Virus record (IMG/VR): IMGVR_UViG_3300040815_002027
Origin: a virus
Length of the DNA stretch: 64,000 nt
Strand: one strand, 5' to 3'
Below, piece after piece: positions 31,101 to 42,725 of the stretch; position 1 is the stretch's first letter, and each line of letters opens with the position of its first letter. Made by a program: the position numbers and the translations under genes. The notes below the pieces were generated by a model that did not search any database, was not told the DNA's origin, and saw only the letters and a list, made by a program, of their open reading frames with translations.

Positions 31101-32625
31101 TTACTGAATGGAAAAACGGTGAAGGATTTGATGTAGAGATAGTTGGAAAATTAAGTACAAGGTTTCAATTAACTTGGGGTGAATACACCGCTTTGAAGAA
31201 GTTGGTTAAAAAACTTGATGGTTAGCATTACTGTTATACATTGTTGTAGTGTCGTTTTAATGCACTACAACGGCTACAGGTATGGCAATGTAATTTTACG
31301 GATTTGAAACACGGAAATTAATTATGGACAAGATAGATAGATTAAAGCAATTACTTCTGACACACAGAACAGAAGATATAAGCAAATTAACATTTGAAGA
31401 AAGGATTGATTTTGACGATGCGTTTGCACAAGAGATAGTAAAATTATTTGCTATACCTGATGTTATAGAGCCGAAGGGAAAGTTAAAATGCGAATGTAAA
31501 GATGAGTGGATGGAAGATGTTATTTATGTTCAGTGTAGTAAGTGTGGTGAAAAGTACTAACGCATTTTAATTCTCTATAACTATTTGTTAATCCAAGTTA
31601 TAAAAATAAGGAACATTGGCAAATAAAAATAAAGACCTTAAATTAGTAAAAGTTGGTACTGTTCGAAAACATATGGATGCGCATTTTAGAGATGAAATCA
31701 GCTACTCTGAAGCAGTTAATAGAATAAATAAAGAAGCAAATAAAAATATGAGAAATATGAAAGCAAAATTAACATTTATACTGCCAGAAGATAGGTACGA
31801 ATATGACATGGCAGTCAATGGAAGCAATTGGCATCACGTTGCTTGGGAGATGTACCAATACTTGAGAGGCAAAACTAAATATGCACCAGATGATGCTCAT
31901 GAGGAGTACACTCAAGCAATGTCTGATTGTAAGGATAAGTTGTTTGAAATTATGCGAGAAAACGGAGTAGATTTTGACTTATGAGAAAATCAAAGTTTGA
32001 CATATCATCACAAAAACCTTTGAGTTTTAGAATCAAAGAGTTTTTTAGAAGCCTACTTTTTTGGAAAGGTAGACAGAAAGGTGTGATTCATACCCGTAAT
32101 ATTATATTGGATGATTTCCGATATAAGGATGATTTCCGATACATCTTTTTTCCAAAAGATTTTGCTGAGAAATATGGATATTTGGGTACTTCTGTTTGGA
32201 ATGAGGATAGTGTTTATTTCAAAGCACTTTATCCACTTGTTCTTGCATTAGATTATGAAGCAAAACCAAAATGGTGTCCAAGATGGTTTCTTCGTTTTCT
32301 TGATGTATTTGGTTCTGATAGGTCAGTCGTTAGAGTTAGGAATTTGAGATTGCACAATTTACAAACAAAACTAACCAAAGGAATTGCATTTGTAGATTGG
32401 AAAACAAAATGGAGTGATTACGATTTAAGAATCAGTATCCATGCACCTTCTCACTTACAAGATTTGGCTTCAGCCATTGAAGAAAAGTTTTATTCTAAAG
32501 GTAGACAGAAAGAGTTAGTAAAACAAATCAAACAGTTAGACCCAAATGCCTCTATAATATGGGGGAGTATAAAACGGTTAGAAGAACAATTAGAGAAGTT
32601 AGAAAATAAGGTTGTAGACTTATAA
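28111..32625 (+). CDS. Run of about 14 small hypothetical genes, many in cassette-like units (includes 29177-29353 and 30805-30966, absent from ORF track)
   Basis: Same-strand short ORFs, several ending at AAC-type boundary sites. Confidence 0.6.
30464..30530. repeat. attC-like hairpin
   Basis: TGCCAAC-GTTTT-GGCTATGTGCCGTAT..ATATGGCATATAGCC-GTT-GTTGTGC. Confidence 0.6.
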
Positions 32626-32661
32626 TACCTATAAATAAGGTTGTAGACTTATAATACCTAT
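32604..32661 (+). repeat. Perfect 29-bp tandem duplication
   Basis: AAATAAGGTTGTAGACTTATAATACCTAT x2 across the stop of 31981..32625. Confidence 0.9.
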
Positions 32662-32714
32662 AATTGTGAATAACTACGATAAGTTTATTGTATATTTATA
32701 TATAAACAGAATTA

Positions 32715-33419
32715 ATGAAAGACTTAAGAAAATTCTTATCTACAACTGCGAAACAGTATTTGAATGAACAAGCATCATTAGAAAATGTGAAACTAAATGA
32801 TAATTTTTGGGAATGGTTTGGTAATAGTAAAGTTGTTGATAAAGATGGGAATCCAATGATTTGTTATCATGGAACACCAAAAGGTGGTTTTACTGAATTT
32901 AAACCAAAAACTGGTTATAAAGGTAAATCAAAACAACAAGTTGATTTAGGTTCGCATTTTTCAATTGATAAAGAATATGCTTCAGGATATGCTGGTGATA
33001 AAAAAACATCAAAAGTTTATGAATCATTTTTGAGAATAGAAAATCCGTTATATACTAATCAAATGTTTTATAGAGAGGATAATGAAAAATTATTTCTCAA
33101 TTATTTGAATTTTATAACCAAAACATTCAAATTAAAATTAGGTGGTGATTACTACTATAACAAAAATGGAGATAAGCAAAATGAACCACAAAATATTATG
33201 CTCAATAGTTTTTTGATTGATAAAATACCATCAAATAAACTTTATAATAGTTTAATAGAATTTGGTTTTGATGGTGTTTTTCACGAACCATATAATAGGG
33301 AGGGGTTGAGTCATTTTAAAAAACATCCATTGGCATACATAATTATAGAACCGAACCAAGTTAAATCAATTGATAATGATGGTAGTTGGGATGTAAATGA
33401 TAATAATATTTATTCTTAA
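32715..33419 (+). CDS. ART-PolyVal-like protein with MKDLRKF..YLNE leader
   Basis: FWEWFGNSKVVDKDGNPMICYHGT; GFDGV; EPNQVKSIDNDGSWD. Confidence 0.7.
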   Translation: MKDLRKFLSTTAKQYLNEQASLENVKLNDNFWEWFGNSKVVDKDGNPMICYHGTPKGGFTEFKPKTGYKGKSKQQVDLGSHFSIDKEYASGYAGDKKTSKVYESFLRIENPLYTNQMFYREDNEKLFLNYLNFITKTFKLKLGGDYYYNKNGDKQNEPQNIMLNSFLIDKIPSNKLYNSLIEFGFDGVFHEPYNREGLSHFKKHPLAYIIIEPNQVKSIDNDGSWDVNDNNIYS

Positions 33420-33550
33420 TTTTGTGTGGTGGAGAAAAAGTAAAACAAAAAGATTATAATCACGAAACTTAATACGAAGCACAAACGTAGCATTGCATAT
33501 AACTAATCGCTATCCGCATATTTATGGTGGATATACAACAAAAACAAATT

Positions 33551-34294
33551 ATGAAAACAGTTATATTAGGAGACATCCACGGAACAAATTATTGGCAAAC
33601 TATAATAAACTTCGAGAAACCTGATAGAGTTGTGTTCGTAGGAGATTATTTTGATTCTTTTGATATTCCTTACGATAAGCAGATAGATAACTTCCTGGAC
33701 CTCATAGAGTACAAGGAAAAAAGTGGGGGAGAAGTCATACTACTAATAGGTAACCACGACTATCATTATCTACCCTATATAAACGACACATATACATCAG
33801 GCTATCAATCTAAATATGCTCATTTAATAAAACAAGTAGTAGAAACTAACTTACACCATCTACAGATAGCCTATCAGTTTGATGACTTTCTAATAACACA
33901 TGCAGGAGTAAGTGAAGAGTTTATGGATAATAACTTTGATAAGTGGTCTGAGGAAACTATAGTAGAACATCTTAATGATTTATTTAAATATAAACCTAAT
34001 AAGTTTTTATTTAATGGTCTTGACCCTTATGGAGACGATACTTACCAGTCTCCTATATGGATAAGACCTAAAAGTCTTATGAGAGCAAACAAGACATCAG
34101 AACTAAAGAGAAGGTATGTTCAAGTAGTAGGGCATACTCAAGTAAAGGAAATTGATACGAAGGGAGGTGCTACGGGAGGAAGGTATTATTTTATCGACTG
34201 CTTATCTACGAGTGGGCAGTATATGATCGTAGATGAAGATTCGTTTATTAATTTTAAAAGTTATAGAGATTATGATAAAGAAGATACTGAGTAA
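33551..34294 (+). CDS. Metallophosphoesterase (paralog of 20001..20717)
   Basis: GDIHG, GDYFD, GNHD, THAG, GHT; shared KG.AT.GR.YF.D. Confidence 0.9.
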   Translation: MKTVILGDIHGTNYWQTIINFEKPDRVVFVGDYFDSFDIPYDKQIDNFLDLIEYKEKSGGEVILLIGNHDYHYLPYINDTYTSGYQSKYAHLIKQVVETNLHHLQIAYQFDDFLITHAGVSEEFMDNNFDKWSEETIVEHLNDLFKYKPNKFLFNGLDPYGDDTYQSPIWIRPKSLMRANKTSELKRRYVQVVGHTQVKEIDTKGGATGGRYYFIDCLSTSGQYMIVDEDSFINFKSYRDYDKEDTE

Positions 34295-35063
34295 AGTTTG
34301 GAATTCAAAAATAATTTGTATATTGTTGCACACCAGGATAAAGATAAAGGACTTTCCTTATGAGATAGATCCTGTAACACAACGGCCCTACGGTAGGTAT
34401 AAGTGTAAAATTTGCGGGAGAAGATACCTTGCCAATAATAGATTCGATTGGTATCAAATAGATATAAAGAAGAAACATAAATAAACTAATTATAGAATGA
34501 ACATAGGCGTACTAAAACATAACGAGACTGGATGGTACATCGAAACTCCAGATAGAGACTATAAACTACATCCTGAAGAAGAGAAGGTCTGTAACATGTA
34601 TGTAGACTATTCTATAGACTGGATAGGAAAAACTGTAGAGTTCCGTATAAAGAAAGATAAAAAAATATCCTATGCTATTACAGAAAAGTTTGTAAAATAG
34701 AAAATAAAGATTTATATTAGCGTTTATGAAACACATTAAGCAAGCGTTACGACTATTACTACTATGTTGGCTTATTGTATTTCTATTATTTATATTATTA
34801 ATTAACTTAAATTAAAAGGTTATGGCATTATTTTTTTTCGGTTTGGGAGCAGGAGTTTCTCTGTCGTTGGTTTTATCGTTTATTGGTATAAGGTCTTTAA
34901 TTTTATCTAAAAAGAACAGCTCTTCTATAGAGGTGTTAGAGAATGACATTAGTTACAAGCTATCTATGATGCAAAAGCAGATAGCCAGACTTAAGTAAGA
35001 TTTTATGTGGGGACAAACTGTCCCCATTTGTTTTGAACTTTAATTTTAATAAAATAATTAACT

Positions 35064-35552
35064 ATGAATTTATTTTTTTTCCTTGTTGGTGTTAGCTGTT
35101 GCTTAATAGTTCTTCTCATTATCAACGCTGTTATTTTGCGAAACGATATAAATAGACTTAGGAAATCAGCATACAGAATGGAGAAGATGATTGAAGATGT
35201 TAATAATTCTTCGGACACTATGGCTATAACGTTAGAGAATAGACAAGATCGTTTAGCAGAAAGTCTCTCTCGCAGAATAGATGATTTGATTGCTACTGTA
35301 GATGCTAATGAAAAAGATCTCTACAGAGCCTTATCGAACAAAGAGTGTGACATCGATACCAGATTTAATTCTAGTATAAATGGTATTTACACTTCTTTAA
35401 AAGATATAGAAAATGTTGTTGATAACAACTCCAAAGAGGTTTATAACTCTTTAGATAAGTTAGAAGACAGGTTTGATAATAGGATAGATACTGCTATGAA
35501 AATCTTTTATGAAGATTTACAAAGTCTAGAAGGTTCTATTGATAAGGCTTAA
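35064..35552 (+). CDS. TM-anchored coiled-coil protein
   Basis: N-terminal hydrophobic helix; heptad repeats. Confidence 0.55.
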   Translation: MNLFFFLVGVSCCLIVLLIINAVILRNDINRLRKSAYRMEKMIEDVNNSSDTMAITLENRQDRLAESLSRRIDDLIATVDANEKDLYRALSNKECDIDTRFNSSINGIYTSLKDIENVVDNNSKEVYNSLDKLEDRFDNRIDTAMKIFYEDLQSLEGSIDKA

Positions 35553-37212
35553 TACTCATGCTTTTTTTATACGTGGGAGGCTAGTCCTCCTACTTTTTAA
35601 ATTTAAATTATGATTAATACGTTACAATACTATTCTGAAAAATCTAAGTTTTTAGTATTCAAATACCATAGAGTAATTTTTGATGATCTACTTTTTAAAG
35701 GCTGGTCTGCGCATAATAATTATAGAGAGGTTTTATCTTTATACATCTATCTTATGAATGTTTACTTTAGAGTCCCTTTAAACTTATTAGCATCTACTCT
35801 TCCGATTGAGGAGTGTAGGTGTAAACTATATCTGGATAGTATTAAGATTTCATATATAACTAAAATATCTGAAAAATTAGACAATTATTCTGAACAGTAT
35901 GATATAACTTTAGCTAAGTTGTTTAAGTAGCCCAAACAAACTCTTCGCATCTTAGTTTGTTTTTAAATGTTTTTTTGTGAAAGGGTGAGGTAAAGTTCTC
36001 ACCCTATTTAGAATCCAAAAAAGTTGCCGAGAAGCCCTAATGAAAAATATACATACACTACAACTACATAATAAACTAATAATAGATAATAACACTTCAG
36101 TACTAAAAGTACCCAATGGACTAATATATACTATAAAGACAATAGAAACTATAACTAATACTAAAGATAATTCTAAATACACTATAACAAATACTAATAT
36201 AGTGTATGTACCTTATACTAATAACACTGATACTATAACAAATAAGGATACAGATAATAAACCTAACCCAGATATAGATCTACCAGATAGTCAATACACT
36301 ATAATATAACTTTATTATGTTTATCAAACTAAAATGATTGTTAAATTAAATACATACACTATAACTAATAGGTTATTTTATAGTATATATACACTATAAT
36401 ATATAACTACAAAGTATACGTTAGTCTTTCGTTTTTACAGGCTTCTCACTTAGGTGGGAGGCCTTTTTATTTATAACCCTAAAGGGTGGAGGTGGGAAGG
36501 ATTACAAAACGCATTCTAAAGGTTTACAAAATGTTTATCAAACTGGGGTGTCAAATTGGGGAGGTAGGTGCATATTTGCCCTGTCTTTTTCTCGACCCTC
36601 CATTTTTTTCCTACCAAATTTTATTTGGCCTGGGCTGGCCATCCTTCCTGGTTGATCTTCACCTGCCTGGTGGGTGGAGGACCTGGTCTGGTAGGAAATG
36701 CTTATAAGGGTCTACCTCATATCTATTTGTTTTGCGTGTTTGGTCAACCAGGGTCTGGTTGGAATAACTTATTTTTGAAAAAAGTTGGGAAAATATTTGG
36801 AGATGTGGGTGAGGTTATATTATCTTTGTGGAACTTTAAGCAAGGGGGGAGTCCTTCCTCCCGTTTCCATGTTTTAAGTTTTAGTTGATTAATGATTTTG
36901 GGGCCTCCTCTTTAACTAGGGGAGGCTTTCTTTTTATAACTCCAGAAGCTTATAAGGATGTTTCTGTATACTGGATTGTTTGCGTGTTTGACCAACCAGG
37001 CCTGGCAGGCTGGTAAGTTTGGTGTGAAGTTAGTAGGCGGCTTGGATCCTTAAGTTCAGTATAAAGTTAAACTACCTATTATATAAGGTGTAGTATACTA
37101 TATACACTATATACTATAAAGTTATTTTTTTTTAAAAAAGTTGCAGCGAGGTATTGTGTAATTAAAAACTTACTTATATATTTGCGACATCGTTAATCAC
37201 TAAAATAGAAAT

Positions 37213-40200
37213 ATGATGAAAAAGATCAGGGTAACAAATGAAGAACTATTCTACGGTAAGAATGTAGAAGTATTTACTGAGAACTTAAATGTAGGTACTA
37301 TTAGAGGTAGGTTTATTGGTACTGGACATTTACGCATTGTATGGGATGGGGACTCTATGGTAAGTTCTGGTGAGTTTGGGAGGGATGATTTTGAGGAGGA
37401 CTTTGGGTTTGTGTTTGAGGTGGAGAAAAATCCTAAAGAGGAGCAGTACTTTATACTGAGGGATATCCAGAGGTCTGGGTATAATGTAGTAACGTGTGGA
37501 GATTGTGGCACGGTTAATCTTGTTAGGTTTTCTGATGGAGACTTTTACAAGTGCCATAAATGTGGGTTTGATGATGACAGTAGTTCTTTTCCAGATTTAT
37601 TTTATTAATTAATTTAAAACTTAAATATTATGACAAAGACAAAGATGTGTTCATTGGTAAAGTTAAACAACCTTATCTACAACTTTACCAAAGTTATTCC
37701 TTCCCTAAAGGAGCAGTACCTTCACTTTCATTATGATATATCTACGGATACAATATCTCTATTAGAGATTAATGGTGGAAAGCCTATGGAGGGAGATGAT
37801 ATGTCTATAAGGTTTTCTGAGGAGGGTGATTTGTATGAGATTACTGTAACTGGGGATAAGTCCTTTTGTAATACGGTAGGTGATGTATTAAATCATATAG
37901 AGAATTGGTTTGCATAATAACTTGTTTTATATCTGGAATTGGTGATGAACCTCTCCCCAACTTTTGGTGGAGGGGTTTTTTTATGCTTATAAGGATCTAC
38001 CTTATATCTATTTGTTTTGCGTGTTTGCCCAACCAGGGAAGGTCTGGCCTGGTTAGTTTACTTTGAAGTTATTATAGAGCTGGTTAGTTTACTATAAACT
38101 TATTATATGTAGATCTACTTTAAAGTTATTTTTTTTGAAAAAAGTTGGGGTGAGGTATTGCGTAATTAAAAACTTACCTATATATTTGCAACATCATTAA
38201 TCATTAAAACAAAAAATTATGAAAGCTTTTGTAGTATTAATCCTAGTTGAAGGTTCATTAGTAGAGCCAAGAAAGACTTGTGAATTCCTTGAAGGAACTA
38301 AATTTGATATCGGAGGTTCAGTTCAAGCCACATCTACTGACGTATTGAACAAGGTTCTGTTTGAATTAGGTCTAAATGATTCTGATGGCATAGGAGTGCT
38401 TTCAATTTCAGACTTTATGGACAGGTTTAATGACCAAGAATTAAACCCAGATGACTACTTTATGTCTTATGTGTATGCTTAGTATTGTGTAATTAAAAAC
38501 TTTCCCCTATATTTGCAATCATTAATTAACTTTAAACTAAACAATATGGAAAACTTACAAATGATAAATATGTTAGACTTTCTGTTTGATATGTTAGAGC
38601 ATTACCCAGACTTCCCAAATTATTCAGAAGCAAAACAGTTATCTGTTCTTACAAAGCATATAAACTATCAAGATGGTCATACTAAATTAAATTTACAGTA
38701 TGATTATATAGGAGAAGCATCAGATGATTACTATAAAGTTATATTTGATATGAGTGATTTTGGTGAGGTATTTAAGTATGCAGATGAAGAGGTTTTATCT
38801 GAAATAAAAAGTAGTGAAGAGTTTAAGAGTAATAATAAGTATTTTATGTTTAATGGTAAAGGTATAGTATCTAATGATGATATTACTGTGTTAGGTTTTG
38901 ACTCTAAAAAGATTGCACAGTACATATTAGAAGAGTATCATAATTTTATATGTTAGCATAGTTTCGGATAGTATGTTTGAGCCTCTCCGCCAGATTTTGG
39001 TTGGAGGGGTTTTTTTATGCTTATAAGGATCTACCTTATACCTATCTGTTTTGCGTGTTTGCCCAACAGAGCTGGCTGATCTGTAAGTTTACTTTGAAGT
39101 TATTATATGTACTGGGTAGTTTACTGTAAACTTATTATATATAGGTTTAATAAAAAGTTATTTTTTTTTCAAAAAAGTTTGCGGAGAAGAAATAAAAAAC
39201 TATATTTGCAGAACATTAATCATTAAAACATAACAAACATGAACAATTACGATTTCTTTTTATTCACAAAACTAGTGGATGTAAGATTCCCCAACAATAA
39301 GGATTCTTACGATGAGTTGTACGATACCTTATCTATGGCTTATAACTCTTTTCTATCAAGTAAGTATAACGACTTTGATAAAGGAGTTTATGAGTGTATA
39401 GAAGAATACTTGGAAGATGAGGACTTACCATTCAGACAATGTACAAAGACTGGTAGTTACATTGTAGAGGGGTATATGGTCAATCACAATTTAATGTCGT
39501 ACGGAGATATCGAATACTATGCTTCAGAAGAAGATTTAGTAGAAAGATTGAAGGAAACTTATCCTGAAATTTCAGATAAGGAAGAACTACTGGCTACTGC
39601 CTATGAAGATGAGTATTACTGTTGGACACAATTTAATAATTAACTTTAAACTAAAACTATTATGGAAGATTTCAAATTAATCAATGTACTGGAACTGGCT
39701 TCTGAACTAGCAGATATGAAAGTTAGAGAAATTATGGTAAACTTTTCAGATATTTACATTGAAGATAGTGATGGAAGTACAAGGTATACTGAAGAGGCTC
39801 AAGACCTATTTAACGAGTGGTACGATTCCTACACTGAACTAATACAATCTATTTAACTTTAAACTAAAACTATTATGGACAAATTACTTAAATCTGAAAT
39901 TGACAAAGCAAAAAAACTTTTAAAAGACAATGGCTACCAAACGTATAACTTGTGGCACATTGACGATGTATTGGATGAAGAAGGGCTTTTAGAGGATGGC
40001 GATAAGATGGAGATACTGGAAGAAGCACTCACAAATGAATGGGTTATAGAACAAATTTTTTTTATTATAAACGACATTAGAGATAGGTATATTGAAGAAG
40101 TTAAAAACAAAAAAGCATGAGAAGGAAGTATTTAAATAGAGTAACAGAAAGTGATTTTATAAACTGGTACTTTAGCGATTCAGAAGACTTGACCGAATTT

Positions 40201-40368
40201 GCAAAAGGTATTATTGATGAACTGGCAGAGACTGGTAAATGTAACTTGACTGTAAAGAAAGTATTTGATAACTGTGGGTATATACCCTCACACATTTGCG
40301 AGTCTAAACTGGATGGGGAAGAATACCAACCGCACGAAGTTAGACTGGTAAAAGATATTTCTAATTAA
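37213..40368 (+). CDS. Small acidic early-type hypothetical genes (37213 with Zn ribbon, 37630, 38219, 38546, 39239, 39662, 39875, 40117)
   Basis: Each unit preceded by a TATATTTG promoter; CGDCG/CHKCG in 37213. Confidence 0.65.
39178..39208 (+). promoter_or_regulatory. Bacteroidota sigma-A promoter (near-identical copies at 40638, 41607, 42664, 43697)
   Basis: TTTG-N19-TATATTTG matches the -33/-7 consensus. Confidence 0.85.
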
Positions 40369-40702
40369 AAGTAAAAAAGTTAGGGGAGAGTGTATAATAA
40401 TTAAAAACTTTCCCCTATATTTGCAGAACATTAATTAACCATAAAAACTTAAAGTTATGAAAGTAGCAAGACCCAAGACAGAAAAATGGCATAATGACCA
40501 AGAAGGTGATTGCAGAAAACCTATTGATAGAGATGGAAGTAAAAAATCATATTATAAAAAAGGATGGTGGAAAAGATATGATAGAAAGAAGTTTTTCCGC
40601 AATATTAACAAGTGGTTTGGATAATTACCGCTAAAAGTTTGCGGAGAAGAAATAAAAAACTATATTTGCAGAACATTAATTAACAACTAAAAATTTAAAA
40701 CT

Positions 40703-41362
40703 ATGCCAAACTGGTGTTCAAATTACGTAACGATTTACGGAGAAGATTTCTCCAAAGTAAAAGATTTACTTTTAACTAAAACTGATGATGATGGTCTTTT
40801 CGAGCATACTGTAGGTATTGTAAAGGAAGGCTATTTAAGAGATGAAAAGTATAAAAATTTAGGAGAGGTTATGCTTGATAACAAATACTTTAACTGGTAC
40901 GACCACAACATAAACGAGTATGGTACAAAGTGGGATGTTAATGAGATTTCATTTGATGTTTTTGCCGACCCATCTGATGAGCATATTTCCTTTAGTTTTG
41001 AGTCCGCTTGGTCTCCTCCTTTAGAATGGGCAAGAAAACTGTCAGATAAGTTTAAAGTAATTGTGGTAATAGAGTATGCTGAAAATGGTTGTGATTTTGG
41101 AGGTAGGTCAATATTTGAGAATGGAGATGAAAAGGAATTTGCACAATACACATACCTTAACTGGATGTTAGTTGATGATACGAGTGGAACTAGGTTTATG
41201 GAGGAAATAGAGTACATAACATCTCATATGGACAAAGATGAGTTTGAAGAGTATAAGCAGGATATTATAGAGTCTGCTGAAGAACAGTTAGACTCTACTT
41301 TTGTAAAGACTGTTGTGGATGTATTTGATGAAATAGAAAAGAGTATGTTTGAAGAATCTTAA
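40703..41362 (+). CDS. DUF1281/YubB ferredoxin-like domain protein
   Basis: MPNWCSN; WYD..I..YGTKWD; FESAWSPP; Y.E.G.DF.G. Confidence 0.8.
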   Translation: MPNWCSNYVTIYGEDFSKVKDLLLTKTDDDGLFEHTVGIVKEGYLRDEKYKNLGEVMLDNKYFNWYDHNINEYGTKWDVNEISFDVFADPSDEHISFSFESAWSPPLEWARKLSDKFKVIVVIEYAENGCDFGGRSIFENGDEKEFAQYTYLNWMLVDDTSGTRFMEEIEYITSHMDKDEFEEYKQDIIESAEEQLDSTFVKTVVDVFDEIEKSMFEES

Positions 41363-41670
41363 TAGTAATAGGTTATGTTTTAGAGTGCCTCTCCCCCGCT
41401 TTTGGAGGAGGGGTTTTTTTGTGCTTATAAGGATGATCCGATATACCTACTAGTTTGCGTGTTGTGTGAACTGGTTGAACGTATTTGTAAGTTTATTTTA
41501 AAGTTATTGTACATACTATATGTTTACTTTTAAGTTATTATATGTATTATATGTTTACTGTAAAGTTATTCTGTTTACTTTTAATTTATTTTTTTTTGTA
41601 GAAAAGTTTGCGGAGAAGAAACAAAAAACTATATTTGCAGAACATTAATCAACATTAAAAACTTAAAGTT

Positions 41671-42391
41671 ATGGAAACTTACAAAAAGATTGGTAATTAC
41701 ACATTCAAGTTAACATCAAAATACAATATTGGTGATGAAATTTTTTATCAGAATATGAAATGGAGTTATAAAGATGAGAAAAATATCATTACAAAAGAAA
41801 AGGCAAAAATAGTTGATATGTATGATTATGGTAATAAAAATTGGGGAACACTAAATGTTAGAGTTATACCTGAAAGAAAAGAATTGTGGGATAAGGATGG
41901 TGGTAGGTGGATTAGTGAAAATGATATTATTTCAAAGGTGGGTGGGTAAAAATTATTGCACATAACTATTTGTTAACCCAAGTTTAAACTTAATACCAAT
42001 GAAACTAACATTCAGTATTTTAATTATCTTTATATCTTTAACTGTACATTCACAGTCCAGAAGATTCACTTTAGATAAAAGTAATTTAGCAACAGTACAA
42101 AGTAACAATATTAATCAACCAACAAAACAATCTACTATGAAGTTATTCATCGCAATCGAAGAAGGAAGGAACCTACGTTCCAGATTCATTACAAGCTTGG
42201 AAATTATTGCTAGAAATGAAATTGAAGCTAGAAAAATTATCAGAGAGTATAATCGTTATGTATTTGATAATAAGTTAAAAGTAAAAGAATTGAACAGACC
42301 TATCATTTGTGAAGTAACTATGACTGGTGCATTTGAACACCATAAGAACTCTACTAGAGGGTTTTATAACCCTACTACAGAAGTACAGTAA
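41671..42391 (+). CDS. Two hypothetical genes (41671..41949, 41999..42391)
   Basis: First ends at a cassette boundary site at 41963. Confidence 0.55.
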
Positions 42392-42512
42392 AGATATATT
42401 CACTCACTCTGTATAAAGGTGCTACATTAATTTGTAGTGCCTTTTTTTATGCTTATAAGGATGATCCTTTATACCTATTAGTTTGCGTGTTTGATGAAGT
42501 GACCAGTCAGTA

Positions 42513-42636
42513 TATATGTTTATTGTAAAGTTATTCTGTATACTATATGTTTACTTTTAAGTTATTCTGTATACTATATGTTTACTTTTAAGTTATTCTG
42601 TATACTATATGTTTACTTTTAAGTTATTCTGTATAC
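42513..42636 (+). repeat. Four tandem 31-bp repeats TATATGTTTACTTTTAAGTTATTCTGTATAC
   Basis: Copies at 42513, 42544, 42575, 42606; related arrays near 38055, 39085, 41490, 43570, 44450. Confidence 0.9.
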
Positions 42637-42725
42637 TTTTAAGTTATTTTTTTTGCAGAAAAGTTTGCGGTGATGAAATAAAAAACTATATTTGCAGAAC
42701 ATTAATCATTCTAAAACAACACAAT

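Larger units (their letters stand above)
26311..41982. repeat. Dispersed site YAACTATTTGTTAATCCAAG (attI/tyrosine-recombinase core-like)
   Basis: Copies at 26311, 29367, 29722, 30086, 30760, 31578, 41963; weaker at about 26881 and 33500. Confidence 0.7.

Noticed and set aside
36486-36888. ORFs 36486..36707 and 36568..36888
   Set aside because: Span regulatory motifs, non-ATG starts, atypical composition
37236-37247. Self-targeting by spacer 4 (CAAATGAAGAAC match)
   Set aside because: Only 12 of 30 nt match in AT-rich DNA; no full protospacer seen by eye in the window
42513-42636. Second CRISPR array
   Set aside because: Head-to-tail 31-bp repeats with no unique spacers
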